Shown here one piece after another: positions 47,233-48,013 of a stretch of 48,013 nucleotides of DNA. Both the position numbers and the translations under genes were made by a program. Source of the stretch: a virus (Duplodnaviria > Caudoviricetes); IMG/VR virus record IMGVR_UViG_3300044477_000015, positions 1-48,013 of that record. One strand, given 5' to 3'. Numbering within the stretch: position 1 is the first letter of the stretch; every line of letters starts with the position of its first letter. A model generated the notes under the pieces. The model did no database searches, had not been told where the DNA came from, and was given only the letters and a program-made list of their open reading frames with translations.

Positions 47233-47296
47233 TTGTTGTAATTTGATAATTTAGTTCTCGTAAATCCCCAACTGGGCATAGCCGTCGGCGTTACTT
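47165..47296 (+). repeat. attC-like site 3 (132 bp)
   Basis: GTATAAC-at-CGGCTCATACCCAATTGGGG...CCCCAACTGGGCATAGCCG-tcggc-GTTACTT. Confidence 0.8.
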
Positions 47297-47905
47297 TAAT
47301 AAACTTTCATTCACAATATTTCCCATGTTTTGTCGTATTTCGAAGATGCTGCGCTTTGTGCTTTCATTGCTAATGTCAGTTAGTTTACTGCACGCGCGCG
47401 TTATTATCTCGTTTCCAGCTTGTAATTCGTTGAGAGTATCTCGTATTAACTGCTCTGTTTGCTGGCTGTACATTGCTTTGTACCGATTTATAACCTCACC
47501 GAGTACTTTTTTTACAGCATCAACAGAAACCAGACGGCCCTCAATACGGTCGTTCCTTAACCGGGACTGTCGTATTTCTTCTTGTAGTTTTTCATTTCGT
47601 AAGTTATTCGTTTGTTGGAATTCTAAGTATAATGGATCGTTTACAGCCCGGCTTATGCGTTTACCTTGTTTAGGTGGTTCTTCTACGGACTTTGGTACCT
47701 TGGTAGGTTGCTCTTTTTCGCTTGGTTTTACTTTTACCTTGGCGCTGGTTTCTCGGGAATCAATAAATATTTTGTTGATCGGATCATCTTCGTCTATGTA
47801 ACCTTCCTCAAGAAAAATAAGCTTACCCCGTTTTTTATAAGTGTATACATTGGTTCTGTTTAACCCGTACTTCTCAGCAAATTCAGGCACTTTAAGTAAT
47901 CCCAT
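47291..47905 (-). CDS. Terminase small subunit (Nu1-like)
   Basis: N-terminal HTH (EFAEKYGLNRTNVY...RGKL), coiled coil followed by GRLVSVDAV. Confidence 0.75.
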   Translation of the reverse strand: MGLLKVPEFAEKYGLNRTNVYTYKKRGKLIFLEEGYIDEDDPINKIFIDSRETSAKVKVKPSEKEQPTKVPKSVEEPPKQGKRISRAVNDPLYLEFQQTNNLRNEKLQEEIRQSRLRNDRIEGRLVSVDAVKKVLGEVINRYKAMYSQQTEQLIRDTLNELQAGNEIITRACSKLTDISNESTKRSIFEIRQNMGNIVNESLLK

Positions 47906-47923
47906 TGGTTAGTATTTAGTATA

Positions 47924-47931
47924 CAAATGTA
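47924..47931 (-). promoter_or_regulatory. -7 promoter box upstream of terS
   Basis: TACATTTG 18 nt before the ATG. Confidence 0.5.
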
Positions 47932-48013
47932 CACATTTTATATTTCTGTATACAGGAAAGTACACAAAAGCAAAAATGGTGCGATGATGAATAAAACGGA
48001 GTACGCAACGTAT

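Larger units (their letters stand above)
44734..47296 (+). mobile_element. Integron-like gene cassette array (3 cassettes, no integrase in window)
   Basis: Three attC-like sites; each cassette starts GTT-N and ends with the complementary N'-AAC. Confidence 0.8.

Noticed and set aside
44734-47296. CRISPR array or simple terminators as an explanation for the repeats
   Set aside because: The repeats are about 130 bp, divergent in sequence, separated by whole genes, lack U tracts and show cassette-end complementarity.
1-48013. Integrase, att sites or host flanks
   Set aside because: No recombinase or host housekeeping gene was recognised, so lifestyle and prophage status cannot be determined from this window.

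Overview
The window is most of a tailed-phage (or prophage) genome, almost all on the minus strand. TAnnTTTG promoter boxes and AT-rich leaders point to a Bacteroidota host. In transcription order (right to left) it has: small terminase, an inserted gene-cassette array, a lambda-like packaging/head module (GpA terminase, gpW, portal, ClpP protease, gpD, gpE), a Mu/P2-like contractile tail in permuted gene order, signal-peptide-bearing fibre-like genes and a lysis cassette. An early region follows, with RecT/RecE-like recombination, two aberrant tRNA-like RNAs, an intein-containing SNF2 helicase, a helicase-methyltransferase fusion and a replication initiator with iterons plus a helicase loader. 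No integrase, CRISPR array or reverse transcriptase is visible. The most striking element lies at 44734-47296, between terS and terL: three attC-like imperfect palindromes of 129-132 bp delimit three integron-like cassettes whose ends are mutually complementary (GTT...AAC). The cassettes carry DNA-modification genes (C5 methyltransferase; amino-methyltransferase-like protein plus SAM decarboxylase) in the orientation opposite to classical integron cassettes. All calls come from reading motifs and synteny by eye; no database searches were run.
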